Of a DNA stretch of 64,000 bases, positions 48,972 to 59,503 are shown piece by piece (position 1 is the stretch's first letter; each line of letters opens with the position of its first letter). Below the pieces are notes generated by a model. The model searched no databases. It was given only the letters and a program-made list of their open reading frames with translations, and was not told where the DNA came from. Where the stretch lies: positions 928,001 through 992,000 of the forward strand of contig JBEPYO010000001.1 of the NCBI GenBank assembly GCA_041641295.1, read 5' to 3'. The stretch is from Nitrososphaerota archaeon (lineage in GTDB: Archaea; Thermoproteota; Nitrososphaeria_A; Caldarchaeales; Calditenuaceae). Position numbers and translations under genes: made by a program.

Positions 48972-49841
48972 ATGTTGGAGAAGGTGTCTGAGATAGTTTT
49001 TGATAGGCGGGGCGGCTCCTCCCAGATAGCAGTGAACCTCCTCAGCTATCTGGCGGAGGCTGCGCCTGAGGGGGAGCCTGACGTCGTCAGATTTTTCCTC
49101 GAGGAGCTGTATGCGACTGTCCTTAAACGGAGGAGCCTCATAGCACCGATAAACCTCGTCAGCATCCTGAAGCAGGCCTACACCACCTCGCTGGGGGAGA
49201 GCGAGACTAGGCCATATTTGCGGGAGATGATACGTGGGCTGCTCCGAATGTATGAGGCGGTCCTCGAGGCTGCTTTGAGGGCTGCTGAGAAGAGGCTTGC
49301 ACAATACGACACAATACTCACGCTCAGTAAGAGCTCACAGGTGATATCGACGTTGAAGAGGATTGCACCTCGCGAGACTAGGGTCTTGGTGGGCTGGCCT
49401 CTAATGGATGGTCTAGCAGCCTATAGAGAGCTCAAGGCCGCAGGCATAAACACCGTCCTACTCCCCGACCTCTCAATCCATGAAGCCCTCAAAGACGTTG
49501 ACGTCCTTCTGCTGGGATGTGATGCGGTGTTACCTGACGGCTCAGCCGTCAATAGGTCCGGCTCGCGCATAGCAGCACTGGCCGCCCACGAGGCCGGGGT
49601 CCCCACACTCATAATCTGCGACTCAACCAAGCTCGACATAAACAATCTATGGACAGCAGAGAAGTGGAGCCTAACAGTTGAAGGGGCTACGGTAGAGTTC
49701 CAAGTATTTGAGAGAATCGACTCCGGTTTAGTTACAGAGTATATCTCGGAGCTCGGCTGCCTCGCTCCAGCCCTCTTTGTAGATGCGGCAAGGGAGGAGG
49801 TGGGTTCTTGGCCGAGAAGGCTAACCGCCCAGCAGCGATAG
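48972..49841 (+). CDS. eIF-2B/sugar-phosphate isomerase family protein
   Basis: ILTLS.S, LLGCDAV..DG...N..GS, FE. Confidence 0.75.
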   Translation: MLEKVSEIVFDRRGGSSQIAVNLLSYLAEAAPEGEPDVVRFFLEELYATVLKRRSLIAPINLVSILKQAYTTSLGESETRPYLREMIRGLLRMYEAVLEAALRAAEKRLAQYDTILTLSKSSQVISTLKRIAPRETRVLVGWPLMDGLAAYRELKAAGINTVLLPDLSIHEALKDVDVLLLGCDAVLPDGSAVNRSGSRIAALAAHEAGVPTLIICDSTKLDINNLWTAEKWSLTVEGATVEFQVFERIDSGLVTEYISELGCLAPALFVDAAREEVGSWPRRLTAQQR

Positions 49842-49878
49842 GTTTAGCTCAAAGCCTAGAGCCTCTGGAGGATTAGAC

Positions 49879-50502
49879 GTGGAGAAGGTCTACTACGTTA
49901 GTGTAGGACCCCTGAGAAGTAACTCCTACCTGCTTGTCGACGGTGGCAGCGGCGAGGCTGTGATCATAGACGCGGGCGACGAGCCTCACAAAATACTTGG
50001 AATGCTCAGGACCGGCGTCAGGGTCAAGAAGATAATAGCGACGCACGGGCATTTCGACCACGTCCTAGCCGTGGATGATATTAGAGAGGCTCTCGGGGTT
50101 GAGTTTCTAATCCACCGCGCAGACCAAGCAGTGCTAGACATCCTGCCCCAAAGCACCCTCCGGGTCCTTGGAGTAAGCCTGAAGCCGCCTAGGCCTGACG
50201 GCTACTTGGAGGACGGTGACACAATCCAAGTCGGGGGGCTGCAGCTAAAGATTATCCACACGCCGGGACACTCACCCGGAAGCTCCTGCCTCCTGACAGG
50301 CAAGACCTTGTTCAGCGGGGACACACTCTTCCAAGGCACAATAGGCAGGACAGACATACCACTGGCAGACCCCCAGAAGATAATAGAGTCGATAAAATCG
50401 AAGCTATACACCCTACCCGACGACACTCTTGTATATCCGGGGCACGGGCCATCCACAACTATAGGCTATGAGAGGCGGAACAACCCGTTCGTCAGGGCAT
50501 GA
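49879..50502 (+). CDS. MBL-fold hydrolase (glyoxalase II-like)
   Basis: THGHFDH, TPGHSPG, FSGDTLF, YPGHG. Confidence 0.92.
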   Translation: MEKVYYVSVGPLRSNSYLLVDGGSGEAVIIDAGDEPHKILGMLRTGVRVKKIIATHGHFDHVLAVDDIREALGVEFLIHRADQAVLDILPQSTLRVLGVSLKPPRPDGYLEDGDTIQVGGLQLKIIHTPGHSPGSSCLLTGKTLFSGDTLFQGTIGRTDIPLADPQKIIESIKSKLYTLPDDTLVYPGHGPSTTIGYERRNNPFVRA

Positions 50503-51224
50503 AGCCCCAAGACCAGCCTGAGAAGAGACTGGCCGAGATAAGGGGCAGGATAGTCTCATGCACTAGGTGTCCCAGACTCGTGAGGTACAGGCAGGAGGTT
50601 GCGCGACACCCTCCAAAGAGATACGCGGCCGAGACCTATTGGGCCAAACCCCTACCGGGCTTCGGAGACCCTAACGCCTCCATCCTCGTAGTAGGCCTAG
50701 CACCTGCAGCGCATGGAGGAAATAGGACGGGCCGAATGTTCACTGGGGACAGCGCCGGCAACACTCTAGTCAGAGCCCTCTACGCAAACGGTCTGGCAAA
50801 TATCCCCCACTCGGTAAGCCGCGACGATGGGTTGAGACTGACCAGGTGCTTCCTGACAGCTGCCCTACGATGCGTTCCACCACATAATACGCCGCTTAAG
50901 GAGGAGCTGGAAAACTGCTATGGATATCTAAGCGAGGAGTTCGATGTGCTTGGAGGGGTAAAAGCAATTGTGGCGCTGGGAGGACTGGCATTCAGCACGT
51001 CTGTGAGACTCCTACGGGATAAGGGATTCACACCAGAGGGTGGTAGACCCGTATTCAGACACGGCCAAGTCTACAAATTTACTCAGGGGCAAGGTGGACG
51101 CATTGTCTGGCTACTTGCGACATATCACCCGAGTAGGAGGAACACGCAGACACGACTATTGACCCAGAAGATGTTAAACAACGTGTTTAGACGAGCAGCT
51201 AGGCTCGCAGGTGTTAAAACATAG
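50499..51224 (+). CDS. uracil-DNA glycosylase family 5
   Basis: CTRCPRL, GLAPAAHGGNRTGRMFTGD, YHPSRRNT. Confidence 0.93.
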   Translation: MKPQDQPEKRLAEIRGRIVSCTRCPRLVRYRQEVARHPPKRYAAETYWAKPLPGFGDPNASILVVGLAPAAHGGNRTGRMFTGDSAGNTLVRALYANGLANIPHSVSRDDGLRLTRCFLTAALRCVPPHNTPLKEELENCYGYLSEEFDVLGGVKAIVALGGLAFSTSVRLLRDKGFTPEGGRPVFRHGQVYKFTQGQGGRIVWLLATYHPSRRNTQTRLLTQKMLNNVFRRAARLAGVKT

Positions 51225-51228
51225 CTGT

Positions 51229-52278
51229 TTAGGGAGGGTTAACTGCTTGGACAATATTCGTGTTCATTCTCACAAACTTGTTCAACGCAACTTCCGCAAT
51301 CATCCTAACCGAGTCCAGTATTGCCGAGAAGTGCATCAGTGAGACCCTGAGGGAGAGGGATAGCTCGACATCACTCACCTCCTCAATCAACTCGCGCTCG
51401 GTTGACTCGATCTCGTCAGCCATATTCTCCAAGGAGTCGAGGACACTATTTATCGTCTTGAGGTCGAGTGTCAGGAAGGCGTTGACGCCATTTGTGAGGA
51501 GGCTCTGGATATCTTCTGCCAGAGAGACGAGCCTATCTACAATCTTTTTCTTAGTTGGTGCTCCCTTATGCCTGATGTTGAGGCTCTCTTTAGCTAGTGC
51601 GATTGCATGTTGTCCTGCTTCTTCGAGAGCCTTTGCGACAAGCCTGTATCCCAGTACGGCGATTGGCATGTCGATTCCTATCGTGTGTGCGAGTGATGGG
51701 TTTCTGAGGGCGAGGATTAGCTGCCTAACGGCTATGGAGTAGAGCTCCTCGAGCTTCTTTCCCGTGCTAATGACATCTCCAGCCTTCTCAGAGATTCCGC
51801 GGACAAGCGAGTCTATTGCAACACCTAGCATCGATATGACCAGAACGTTAAGGCGTCTGATTATGGCTTCGACCTTAAACCTCGCCGGGTCAATTATTGC
51901 CTGTAAGACTATCTGCCTCGGAGTCTGCTCAATAACCTCAAAACCTGGAAGAGACTCAACCGCAGCCAGTATGGCTTGGGATTGACTACCCGTGAGCCCC
52001 ATGTTGGATGTGACCTTGACTATGTCGTATCCCTGTAAGAAGCAGGAAGTTACTATCCTAGCCAGAACCTCGGGCTTCTCCACCTCGTCGGCGTTTATTA
52101 CCACCGACGCAGGCTCACGTACGACTTCTCTACTATGTATGGTGAGGTTGTCTCCGTTTACCTCTATGTAGACTATGTCGCCGGGCTTCAGTCTCCTCTC
52201 GGCCACCCACTGTTTAGGCAGTGATACTACGAGTGTGGTCGTGCCTAACCTCTGAAGCCTCCGGGGATAAATGGTCAT
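51229..52278 (-). CDS. phosphate uptake regulator (AbrB + PhoU domains)
   Basis: RRLQ..G.TT.VVSLPKQW, GFEVIEQ, AKALE...HA. Confidence 0.85.
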   Translation of the reverse strand: MTIYPRRLQRLGTTTLVVSLPKQWVAERRLKPGDIVYIEVNGDNLTIHSREVVREPASVVINADEVEKPEVLARIVTSCFLQGYDIVKVTSNMGLTGSQSQAILAAVESLPGFEVIEQTPRQIVLQAIIDPARFKVEAIIRRLNVLVISMLGVAIDSLVRGISEKAGDVISTGKKLEELYSIAVRQLILALRNPSLAHTIGIDMPIAVLGYRLVAKALEEAGQHAIALAKESLNIRHKGAPTKKKIVDRLVSLAEDIQSLLTNGVNAFLTLDLKTINSVLDSLENMADEIESTERELIEEVSDVELSLSLRVSLMHFSAILDSVRMIAEVALNKFVRMNTNIVQAVNPP

Positions 52279-52284
52279 TTGCCT

Positions 52285-52301
52285 GTATATGTAATGTATA
52301 T
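52285..52301 (-). promoter_or_regulatory. direct-repeat operator candidate GTATAT-N5-GTATAT
   Basis: Lies between the TATA (CTTAAATA, minus strand) and the ATG of the PhoU regulator; 11-bp spacing. Confidence 0.45.
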
Positions 52302-52355
52302 ACTATTTAAGCATAACGCTTATCAAAACAGCGGGCCACATCATAACCGTAAGAG

Positions 52356-52568
52356 GTGAGGGATATGGCATCCCTACAAGAAACAGAGACCGTAAGAATC
52401 CCAGCCAGGAGAAGCTATGCCGCCGGTTATAAATACTGTAGCAGATGCAGGACATACCACCTAACAGACAGCGTAAGGTGCCCCTACTGCGGAATACTAC
52501 TGAGGAACTCGCCGAGGAAGAAGAAGCCAGTCGACTCGTCCAAATACATTCAAGCGCCGATAGTGTAG
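52356..52568 (+). CDS. small zinc-ribbon protein
   Basis: Y..G.KYCSRC...RCPYCG..LR..PR. Confidence 0.75.
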   Translation: MRDMASLQETETVRIPARRSYAAGYKYCSRCRTYHLTDSVRCPYCGILLRNSPRKKKPVDSSKYIQAPIV

Positions 52569-52681
52569 GCTGGGTGTCCGGGATCTCTTTTTCAGAGAAT
52601 CCCGCAGTATTATTAGAGGGTAGATCTAGGCTCTGGGGATATAACGGCTAAATATACCGCTACTCTCGCATGTAAACCTGA

Positions 52682-53260
52682 ATGCTGAGAGGGACACTCG
52701 CGGCGGTATCACTTCTGCTCTTGCTGGGTGTATATTATACGGCAGGTGTTCAGCTTCCGGTTTATGACCCCCAGCGGGCTGTCGTGGGGGAGCTTCTCAA
52801 AGCGGTTTTCTTCCACTTAACACCCCTCTCCAGCCTCCTCGGTGGAGGCGTGAAGATAACAGGTGTAAACTTTGTGCTAAGCTCCAGCTACGGCCCCCTC
52901 CCCCTACTATCACTTATCCTGGCTGGGCTTCTTGTGGGGCTTATGAGCCGCTCTCTCCCACAGGCTATAACAGCCGCCCTGACAACCTCAATGCTCCTCA
53001 TGATAATGGCCATAATGCTCATGATCGGCTTTCTACCCACCCTTCCAATGCAGAGTGAGGATCTCAGATGGCAGATAGACACCGTGTTCTCGACAATTCT
53101 CTTGGAGAAGCCGCTCGAACTCCCAGTAATGGTTGCAGCGCCAATAATCGCATCAATCCCAACCGGCATAGTAATGGAGAGGCTCTGGTCTCAACAGCTC
53201 CGCGATGAGAGACCCCTATTTAGCTGGAGAAGACGGACACATCTCAAAAGCACAGCATAG
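52682..53260 (+). CDS. hypothetical membrane protein
   Basis: About 4 hydrophobic segments. Confidence 0.6.
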   Translation: MLRGTLAAVSLLLLLGVYYTAGVQLPVYDPQRAVVGELLKAVFFHLTPLSSLLGGGVKITGVNFVLSSSYGPLPLLSLILAGLLVGLMSRSLPQAITAALTTSMLLMIMAIMLMIGFLPTLPMQSEDLRWQIDTVFSTILLEKPLELPVMVAAPIIASIPTGIVMERLWSQQLRDERPLFSWRRRTHLKSTA

Positions 53261-53373
53261 GCCGCACAAATGCTCAGTACCCCAGACACAGGTATTGCGT
53301 CTCTCTAGGCTCGCCTTTTAAAGACCACCCAGCAAATCTGCACATCACACAAATATAGTGGCTTCTGACAGTT

Positions 53374-53721
53374 GTGCAGGCGGGCTTGAGTCTACCCGAG
53401 ATTGATATCACAGAGTTTAAGCGGGTTGAGATGCGTGTTGGAAGGGTAGTAAAGGCGGAGCGCGTGCCCGCTACTGACAGGCTTCTAAGACTGGAGGTCG
53501 ACTTCGGCGGCCAGAGAAAACAAGCCATCACAGGTCTAGGCCACCTCTACGGCCCAGAACACTTCGAGGGCCGGCTCTACGTCTTCGTCACAAACCTGAA
53601 GCCTAGGAAGGTTCGAGGCCTAGTCTCAGAGTGCATGATACTGGCCGCTATGACAAGCGAGGAAAAGATCGTCCCTATAGCTCCAGAGGCAGAGATAGAA
53701 CCTGGCGCTGGTGTACAATAA
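53374..53721 (+). CDS. tRNA-binding OB-fold protein (Trbp111/CsaA/MetRS C-terminal-like)
   Basis: MRVGRV, NLKPRKVRGLVSECMILAA. Confidence 0.9.
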   Translation: MQAGLSLPEIDITEFKRVEMRVGRVVKAERVPATDRLLRLEVDFGGQRKQAITGLGHLYGPEHFEGRLYVFVTNLKPRKVRGLVSECMILAAMTSEEKIVPIAPEAEIEPGAGVQ

Positions 53722-53807
53722 GAGCCATAAACATACATCAATCCGAGAAATCATCCATCGATTTTAATTTATCAATAGCCTCCATAGAGGAAAAGGTAGA
53801 ATAGGAA

Positions 53808-54932
53808 ATGCCGGGGGCCAAGAAGGACTACTACGAAATACTGGGCGTCCCGCGTAACGCTACGAAGGATGAGATTAAAAAGGCGTATAGGCGGCTCGTC
53901 CTTCAGTATCACCCTGACAGAAACAAGTCTCCGGAGGCAGAGGAGAAGTTCAAGGAGATCAGCGAGGCCTACGCCGTACTGATGGATGACGAGAAGAGGC
54001 GGATATACGACATGTACGGCCACGAAGGGCTGTCAGGCACCTACACTAGGGAGGACTTCTTCAGGTCTAGGATGGAGGACTTCGAGGATATTTTCCGGGA
54101 CCTCGGACTAGGAAGTTTCAGCTCGCTCTTTGAGCGGCTATTCAGAGATTTCGGCTTCGGCATCTACGAGGAGAGGACTGCTAGGGAGGTGGTTGTCGAT
54201 GTAGAGCTCTCTCCAAAGGAGTTGTTTAACGGTGCGAGGAAGACTGTTCAATACTCTGTGTTAGAGGTATGCCGCAGTTGTGGGGGTAGTGGGGCTGAGC
54301 CCGGTGGGCTGAAGACATGCTCCAACTGTAGAGGCACTGGTCAAGTTGTGAAAACAAGCGTTTTAGGCTTCATGACATATAGCATGGCTAGGACATGCGA
54401 AGTTTGTGGTGGGACAGGGCGAATAGTAGAGAGGCCCTGCAAGACGTGTAGGGGCAGTGGTCGGGTCCAAAGCTTCAGGAAGCAAGACATCGACATTCCC
54501 CGAGGAATCTCGGACGGCTCCATCCTCCAGTTTAGGGTGCCGGAAAGCTCGAGCCATGGTGGTGGCGAGACAATACTTGTCGTCAGAGTAGGTGTTAAGA
54601 AATCCCCATACTACTATGTGAGGGATGGCGACCTCGTCGTGAGGGCCCCTATATCGCCTAGTGAAGCGGTCTTGGGTACGACAGTAAAGATACAGGGTGT
54701 TGACGGGTCCCTAGAGGTGAAAATACCGCCTAGGATGCGCCCCGGTGCATCGGTTGTTGTAAAGGGGCGTGGGCTTTGGAGGCGGACGGGCGTGCGGGGA
54801 GACCTGATCGTGAGGCCTGTAATTGTGGCTCCTATTAGAAGTGAGGAGGTCAAGAGGCTGTATGAGCAGATACATAGGAGTGAGAAGGCGGTGATGGAGA
54901 GGTGGAGGGGAAAGGCACTCAGACTTGAGTAG
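53808..54932 (+). CDS. dnaJ: chaperone DnaJ
   Basis: [12 protein letters not shown], four CxxCxGxG repeats. Confidence 0.96.
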   Translation: MPGAKKDYYEILGVPRNATKDEIKKAYRRLVLQYHPDRNKSPEAEEKFKEISEAYAVLMDDEKRRIYDMYGHEGLSGTYTREDFFRSRMEDFEDIFRDLGLGSFSSLFERLFRDFGFGIYEERTAREVVVDVELSPKELFNGARKTVQYSVLEVCRSCGGSGAEPGGLKTCSNCRGTGQVVKTSVLGFMTYSMARTCEVCGGTGRIVERPCKTCRGSGRVQSFRKQDIDIPRGISDGSILQFRVPESSSHGGGETILVVRVGVKKSPYYYVRDGDLVVRAPISPSEAVLGTTVKIQGVDGSLEVKIPPRMRPGASVVVKGRGLWRRTGVRGDLIVRPVIVAPIRSEEVKRLYEQIHRSEKAVMERWRGKALRLE

Positions 54933-54957
54933 CTCTAGGCTTATTTAGTGCCGCGGA

Positions 54958-56073
54958 GTGTTTGTCGGCAGAATGAGCTCGAGGTATAAGGACAGGATTG
55001 AGAAGTTTGCCGCACGGCTGGAGCTCTCCGGATTCAACGCCTACATATGCACTAACGAGTCTAATATTTTCTACTTTACAGGGCTGCCGGGTCCAGCAAC
55101 CCTCCTAATCCGCCAGGACGGCTCAGCAACCCTCTACGTCTCGCCCATGAATTATGGGCTGGCAGAGAAGGAGGCCTCTCAGGAGCTTGAGATAGTTCAG
55201 TTAAAGATGGGGGTTGCGCCCGAGGCACTTCTCGCAGAAATTCTCAGCCAGCTAGGAGGAATGGTGGGAATAGACAACCTAGATATCGATACCTATAGAA
55301 AGATCAGCGGCCTAATCGGCGGTATAGACCTGCGACCGCAATCAAGACTCGTATGGGACATGAGAATGTCGAAGGACTCATATGAGGTGGAGGTGATTAG
55401 GGAAGCCTGCTCAATCTCCGACAGGGTCATGAGGGCAGCCTCAGACCTCTTGGTCCCAGGGATTAGGGAGAGTGAGGTTAAGGCAGAGTTGACCGCTGAA
55501 ATCTACAGGCGGGTGGGCCAAGAGCCCGCCTTCACACCAATAGTTGCCTTCGGCGAACGCTCATCATTTCCCCACGGGCCAATCCTAAGAGGCACGGCTA
55601 GAGACAGGGTCTTAAAGAAAGGGGATGTCGTAATTATCGACTTGGGTGTTAAAGTCGAGGGATACTGCTCGGACATTACCAGAACCTTCTACATCGGAAA
55701 AGAGATGGATGAAAAGCTTCAGAACGCGTTTGAATCCGTCATAAATGCTAAGACACTAGCTCAAAGCATAATGAGGCCGGGCGTCTCATGCAGCTACGTC
55801 GACGACATAGCCCGCGACTCACTCAGCAACAAGGGTATGGAACCCTACTTCACCCACAGCCTCGGCCACGGCTTGGGAATTGAAATCCACGAGCCTCCGA
55901 GAATAGGCCCTGGTAGCCAAGACCAGTTCATGGAGAACAACGTGGTGACCTGTGAGCCGGGCGTCTATTTCATAGGAGAGTGGGGCGTCAGAATGGAGGA
56001 CACGGTTTTGGTCACTGAGGAGTCTGCCATTCCGCTCACCTCCTACCCCCTTGACGAGTATCTTGTCTATTAG
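54958..56073 (+). CDS. Xaa-Pro aminopeptidase (M24)
   Basis: PH, DLG, SDITRT, HSLGHG.G.EIHE, EPGVY, RMED. Confidence 0.93.
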   Translation: MFVGRMSSRYKDRIEKFAARLELSGFNAYICTNESNIFYFTGLPGPATLLIRQDGSATLYVSPMNYGLAEKEASQELEIVQLKMGVAPEALLAEILSQLGGMVGIDNLDIDTYRKISGLIGGIDLRPQSRLVWDMRMSKDSYEVEVIREACSISDRVMRAASDLLVPGIRESEVKAELTAEIYRRVGQEPAFTPIVAFGERSSFPHGPILRGTARDRVLKKGDVVIIDLGVKVEGYCSDITRTFYIGKEMDEKLQNAFESVINAKTLAQSIMRPGVSCSYVDDIARDSLSNKGMEPYFTHSLGHGLGIEIHEPPRIGPGSQDQFMENNVVTCEPGVYFIGEWGVRMEDTVLVTEESAIPLTSYPLDEYLVY

Positions 56074-56855
56074 CCGCCGAACCTGCGCGTTCTTTGCTGG
56101 TAGGTCCTGATGGCCCGTAGAAGGTCTATCCTTCTAAAGGAAGGCCAGTAGACGTCTAGGAAGACCAGCTCGCTGTAAGCTATCTGCCAGAGGAGGAAGT
56201 TGCTTATCCTCTCCTCGCCCGATGTCCTGATGACTAGGTCAGGGTCAGGCTTGGGAAGTCCATTAGTATACAGGTTCCGCTCGATGGTCTCCTCGTCCAC
56301 TTGGTCTGGCTGAAGCTCGCCCTCCGCAACTTTGCTACAAATCTTTCTGACAGCATCGACTATCTCTGCCCTACCACCATACGCGACTGCAATATTCAAA
56401 TGGAATCTGTCATGATGCATCGTCTCCCTCTCCAGCCTCCTAAGACTCTCTGCAACTTCCTCGGGCAGATAATCCAGCCTGCCTATCACCCTAAACCTAA
56501 CCTTCTCCTTCCAGACCGTCTCATCCTTCAAGAACCTCTCAGCCCTCTCCATTAAGAGCCGGTAAATCTCCTCAAGCTCCTCCTTGGGGCGCCTCATTAT
56601 ATTCTCAACAGATAAGACATACAGTGTAACGATTTTAATCCCAATCTTAAGACACCATCTTAGAAGCTCCTCAACCTTGTCGGCGCCGAACCTGTACGCC
56701 TTGCTGGGAGGAATACCTACGCTCCTAGCCCAGCGTCTATTACCGTCTAGAATTACTGCAAGGTGTTGGGGAATATCGCCGCTGCCTATAATTCGCTCTA
56801 ACCATCTTTCATAGAGCGAATACACCCCTAAAATCCTCAGTATCTTCTCAATCAT
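56070..56855 (-). CDS. uppS: cis-polyprenyl diphosphate synthase
   Basis: ILDGNRRWA, YGGR.EI, PDLVIRTSGEERISNFLLWQ, RRFGG. Confidence 0.96.
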   Translation of the reverse strand: MIEKILRILGVYSLYERWLERIIGSGDIPQHLAVILDGNRRWARSVGIPPSKAYRFGADKVEELLRWCLKIGIKIVTLYVLSVENIMRRPKEELEEIYRLLMERAERFLKDETVWKEKVRFRVIGRLDYLPEEVAESLRRLERETMHHDRFHLNIAVAYGGRAEIVDAVRKICSKVAEGELQPDQVDEETIERNLYTNGLPKPDPDLVIRTSGEERISNFLLWQIAYSELVFLDVYWPSFRRIDLLRAIRTYQQRTRRFGG

Positions 56856-57991
56856 TGCTTGGGCGCCCTCATGCCTCTAACTGCTCTTATAATTGTGATC
56901 GAGGTTAGAAGCGAGGCGAAACCTATCAACGCGACCAATACAAGCTGTATGAGGTAGACAATGCTCTGTGTGGTCAGGAAGGTGCCGAGCAGCCTCATCA
57001 TAATCCAGAGGAAGAAGAATATCAGCATGGCTTGAACATGCCTCCAAACCCGAGGACTCTTCAACTGGTAGTAGTAGAATATGTTATAGGCCGTGTTGAG
57101 GAAGGCAGCGATAGCTATCAAGTCTATACTATTGACTATTAACACGCCTATGAATGGTCCAAGGTAGGGTAAGACTTGCTCGAAACCCAGCGGCCCACCC
57201 CTTAAAGCCGATTGAAGATAGTTTAAGGCCGCTTGAAAACCCGCTACGAACGCGACTATTATTAGAATCAGGCCGACAACCGCTGTGAAGATACGCAGCT
57301 GTACTATACCAGGTTTATTCGATATCTCGGCCAGCCTCCGTATTAGGCCTGAGAAGGCCGCGTCTATTCCAAACCCCCGAATGAGAAGTGCTATTCCTAT
57401 GAAGACGAGGAGAAGTGGCAGGCTGAGCAGATTGAAAAAATAAAGCGTCCCCATCAGCAATAGTAGTACTCCTGGGACCCCGAGAATTATTCTCGAATAT
57501 GGGGCGTCGTAGACAAGCATTCTGAGGTATCTGAGGAATAGAATCCAGCTAGTCTCTATCGTCTGGCTCTGCTTAACAATTACTGTTCTGGACGAGACTA
57601 TCTTGATGCGCGAGCTGATAATTGATGAGAGCGATGGAGTGAGTGGGCCGTCTGAGACTACAATACACTCGGTAGCCCCCAGCTTCTTGATAACGCTTTC
57701 TATCTCCCGGGAAATCTTGAGGTCAGACTCTAGTCCACCGTTATGTTTGCCTGTCACGGTAGCTATCTCGACGCCGTTAGGCCACCTACTTGACTCATTG
57801 TCAAGTATCTTGATGGCTGCGAACATAGCATTGGCATCAGCATCCTCGGGGTCTGCCATAACAAGCTTCAGGGCCGCTTCTAGGTTTTTCTCACGCCCTA
57901 TGATGGGGGACTGGACCCCGGCCTTAACCCCCACATCATCATCCTCATCGACCACCAGTATCAGGAGCGGCCCCTTCGACTCCTCCGCCAT
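56852..57991 (-). CDS. DUF373 family membrane protein
   Basis: VDEDDDVG.K, DPEDADAN..F, VSDG, VKQS; start ATG 57991; usual uppS neighbour. Confidence 0.85.
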   Translation of the reverse strand: MAEESKGPLLILVVDEDDDVGVKAGVQSPIIGREKNLEAALKLVMADPEDADANAMFAAIKILDNESSRWPNGVEIATVTGKHNGGLESDLKISREIESVIKKLGATECIVVSDGPLTPSLSSIISSRIKIVSSRTVIVKQSQTIETSWILFLRYLRMLVYDAPYSRIILGVPGVLLLLMGTLYFFNLLSLPLLLVFIGIALLIRGFGIDAAFSGLIRRLAEISNKPGIVQLRIFTAVVGLILIIVAFVAGFQAALNYLQSALRGGPLGFEQVLPYLGPFIGVLIVNSIDLIAIAAFLNTAYNIFYYYQLKSPRVWRHVQAMLIFFFLWIMMRLLGTFLTTQSIVYLIQLVLVALIGFASLLTSITIIRAVRGMRAPKQ

Positions 57992-58154
57992 CCAACCCCA
58001 GCCATATACGATTGCCCCTTTAAATTTAAAAAAGTCTCCGGCACGACGTATATAAAGCTTGGAAAGAAGGACTTCTCCGCAGCCATCCAGTCTCAGCCTT
58101 GGCCATTTCCCACCACTTGAATGTATAAATCTTGGGCCGCCCGGACTATGCCGC

Positions 58155-58496
58155 GTGACCCAACTCTTTAGAATCGATGAGGGTGTCTGGGCAAGTTCTT
58201 CGGGGAGGGTCTCGGTTCTGGTCAACGAGTCTATGAGCAAATTAATGATGGCTGGGATAGTTGTCGTGAATCCTGGGCAGCGTCTTCCAGCTGAGGGTTA
58301 TAGTCTCCACGAGTCGAGTGATGAGCTGTCTTATGTTGTGGAGGGGGAGATTGTTTTTGGGACAGAGTCTGGAGAGAGGCTTTTAAGGGCTGGAGACCTG
58401 TTCTTTAACCCGCGGGGGACAAGACACTACGTCAGAAACGATGGAGATAAGCCCTGTAGGGTTATCTGGGTACTGTCGCCTCCCATTAAACTATAG
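58155..58496 (+). CDS. cupin domain protein
   Basis: H...DE..YV.EG, GD....P.G..H; start estimated. Confidence 0.85.
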   Translation: MTQLFRIDEGVWASSSGRVSVLVNESMSKLMMAGIVVVNPGQRLPAEGYSLHESSDELSYVVEGEIVFGTESGERLLRAGDLFFNPRGTRHYVRNDGDKPCRVIWVLSPPIKL

Positions 58497-58603
58497 GGGC
58501 CCGTGTTCTCAAAAAGTTGCCTATAAACGATGCCAGACTATGGTAGAATAGTTTGAGACAAGCGTCTAAAAGTCCTCTAAGAGTTTAACTTTCCTCCTAT
58601 TGC

Positions 58604-59503
58604 CTATGATTGGCTTGCTCCGCCGTTTGTCTGCCAGAGGGTCTCATCCTCCAGCAGTATCTTCATCTCCTCAAACTCTAGCTTCTCCCCTCTCTCCAGC
58701 TTCTCGATGGCTTCCTTCTTTCTCTTGGCCTTGACCTCGCTGATCCTCCTCTTTAGCAGCTCCTCTCTCTTACCCCTGAGGAGTCTGTAAAGCTCGTATA
58801 TTCTAGATGCCGCCAGTATTCTCTCGGCTTCAAGCCTGTCCCTCTCCTCTCTAGCCTCGATATAGCTGGAGTGATGTCTATCCGCCTCACTCTTTAGATT
58901 GTCGTAAAGATTGTTGAGCGCCTCCATCTCCATCGATATTTGGCTCAGCCTAGCCGTCACACTCTCTAGCCTCTTTCTCTTCTCTTCAAGATCTCTCCTA
59001 ACCTCCTCCATCTGGGGTGAGAGCTCGTTTAGTGAGAGGTGTATCTTTAGGGCTTTCTCATAGTCTATCAGCATCGCCTCAAGCTTTGAGGCCTCTTCGA
59101 AGAGCTTTCTCTCCTCCTCTCTACTCACTCTGTGGGATGCGAGATAGAGGTCTATCTCGTCGAGCCTCTTCTTTATCCTATTCACATCCATAGAAAGTCT
59201 CAGATTCTTCAGCTCGCCCTTTAACTGTCTCTTCTCTATAACATAGTTGAGCAGCTTCTGTCTCAGCTCTCTCACCTCTCGTCTCAAGGTTCTGCTCTCT
59301 TCAACGAGTGATGCTTTCTCCTCCTTGAGCTTCTTCACCTTCTCCCTTATCTCTCTCATCTTATCATGTGCCTTGTCTCTCTCCGCGATGCTTTTGTTAA
59401 TTTTAGCGTTTATTTCCTCAATCTTCCTGTCCAGCTCGCTTATCCTGTCCTTCAGCTCGCCTATCTCCCTCGAAATCTCGTCCTCGACGCTCATAAGGAC
59501 CAC
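58604..59503 (-). CDS. archaeal coiled-coil protein (COG1340-like)
   Basis: Heptad repeats, A...H, EKL..GEKL...E C-terminus. Confidence 0.75.
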   Translation of the reverse strand: MVLMSVEDEISREIGELKDRISELDRKIEEINAKINKSIAERDKAHDKMREIREKVKKLKEEKASLVEESRTLRREVRELRQKLLNYVIEKRQLKGELKNLRLSMDVNRIKKRLDEIDLYLASHRVSREEERKLFEEASKLEAMLIDYEKALKIHLSLNELSPQMEEVRRDLEEKRKRLESVTARLSQISMEMEALNNLYDNLKSEADRHHSSYIEAREERDRLEAERILAASRIYELYRLLRGKREELLKRRISEVKAKRKKEAIEKLERGEKLEFEEMKILLEDETLWQTNGGASQS

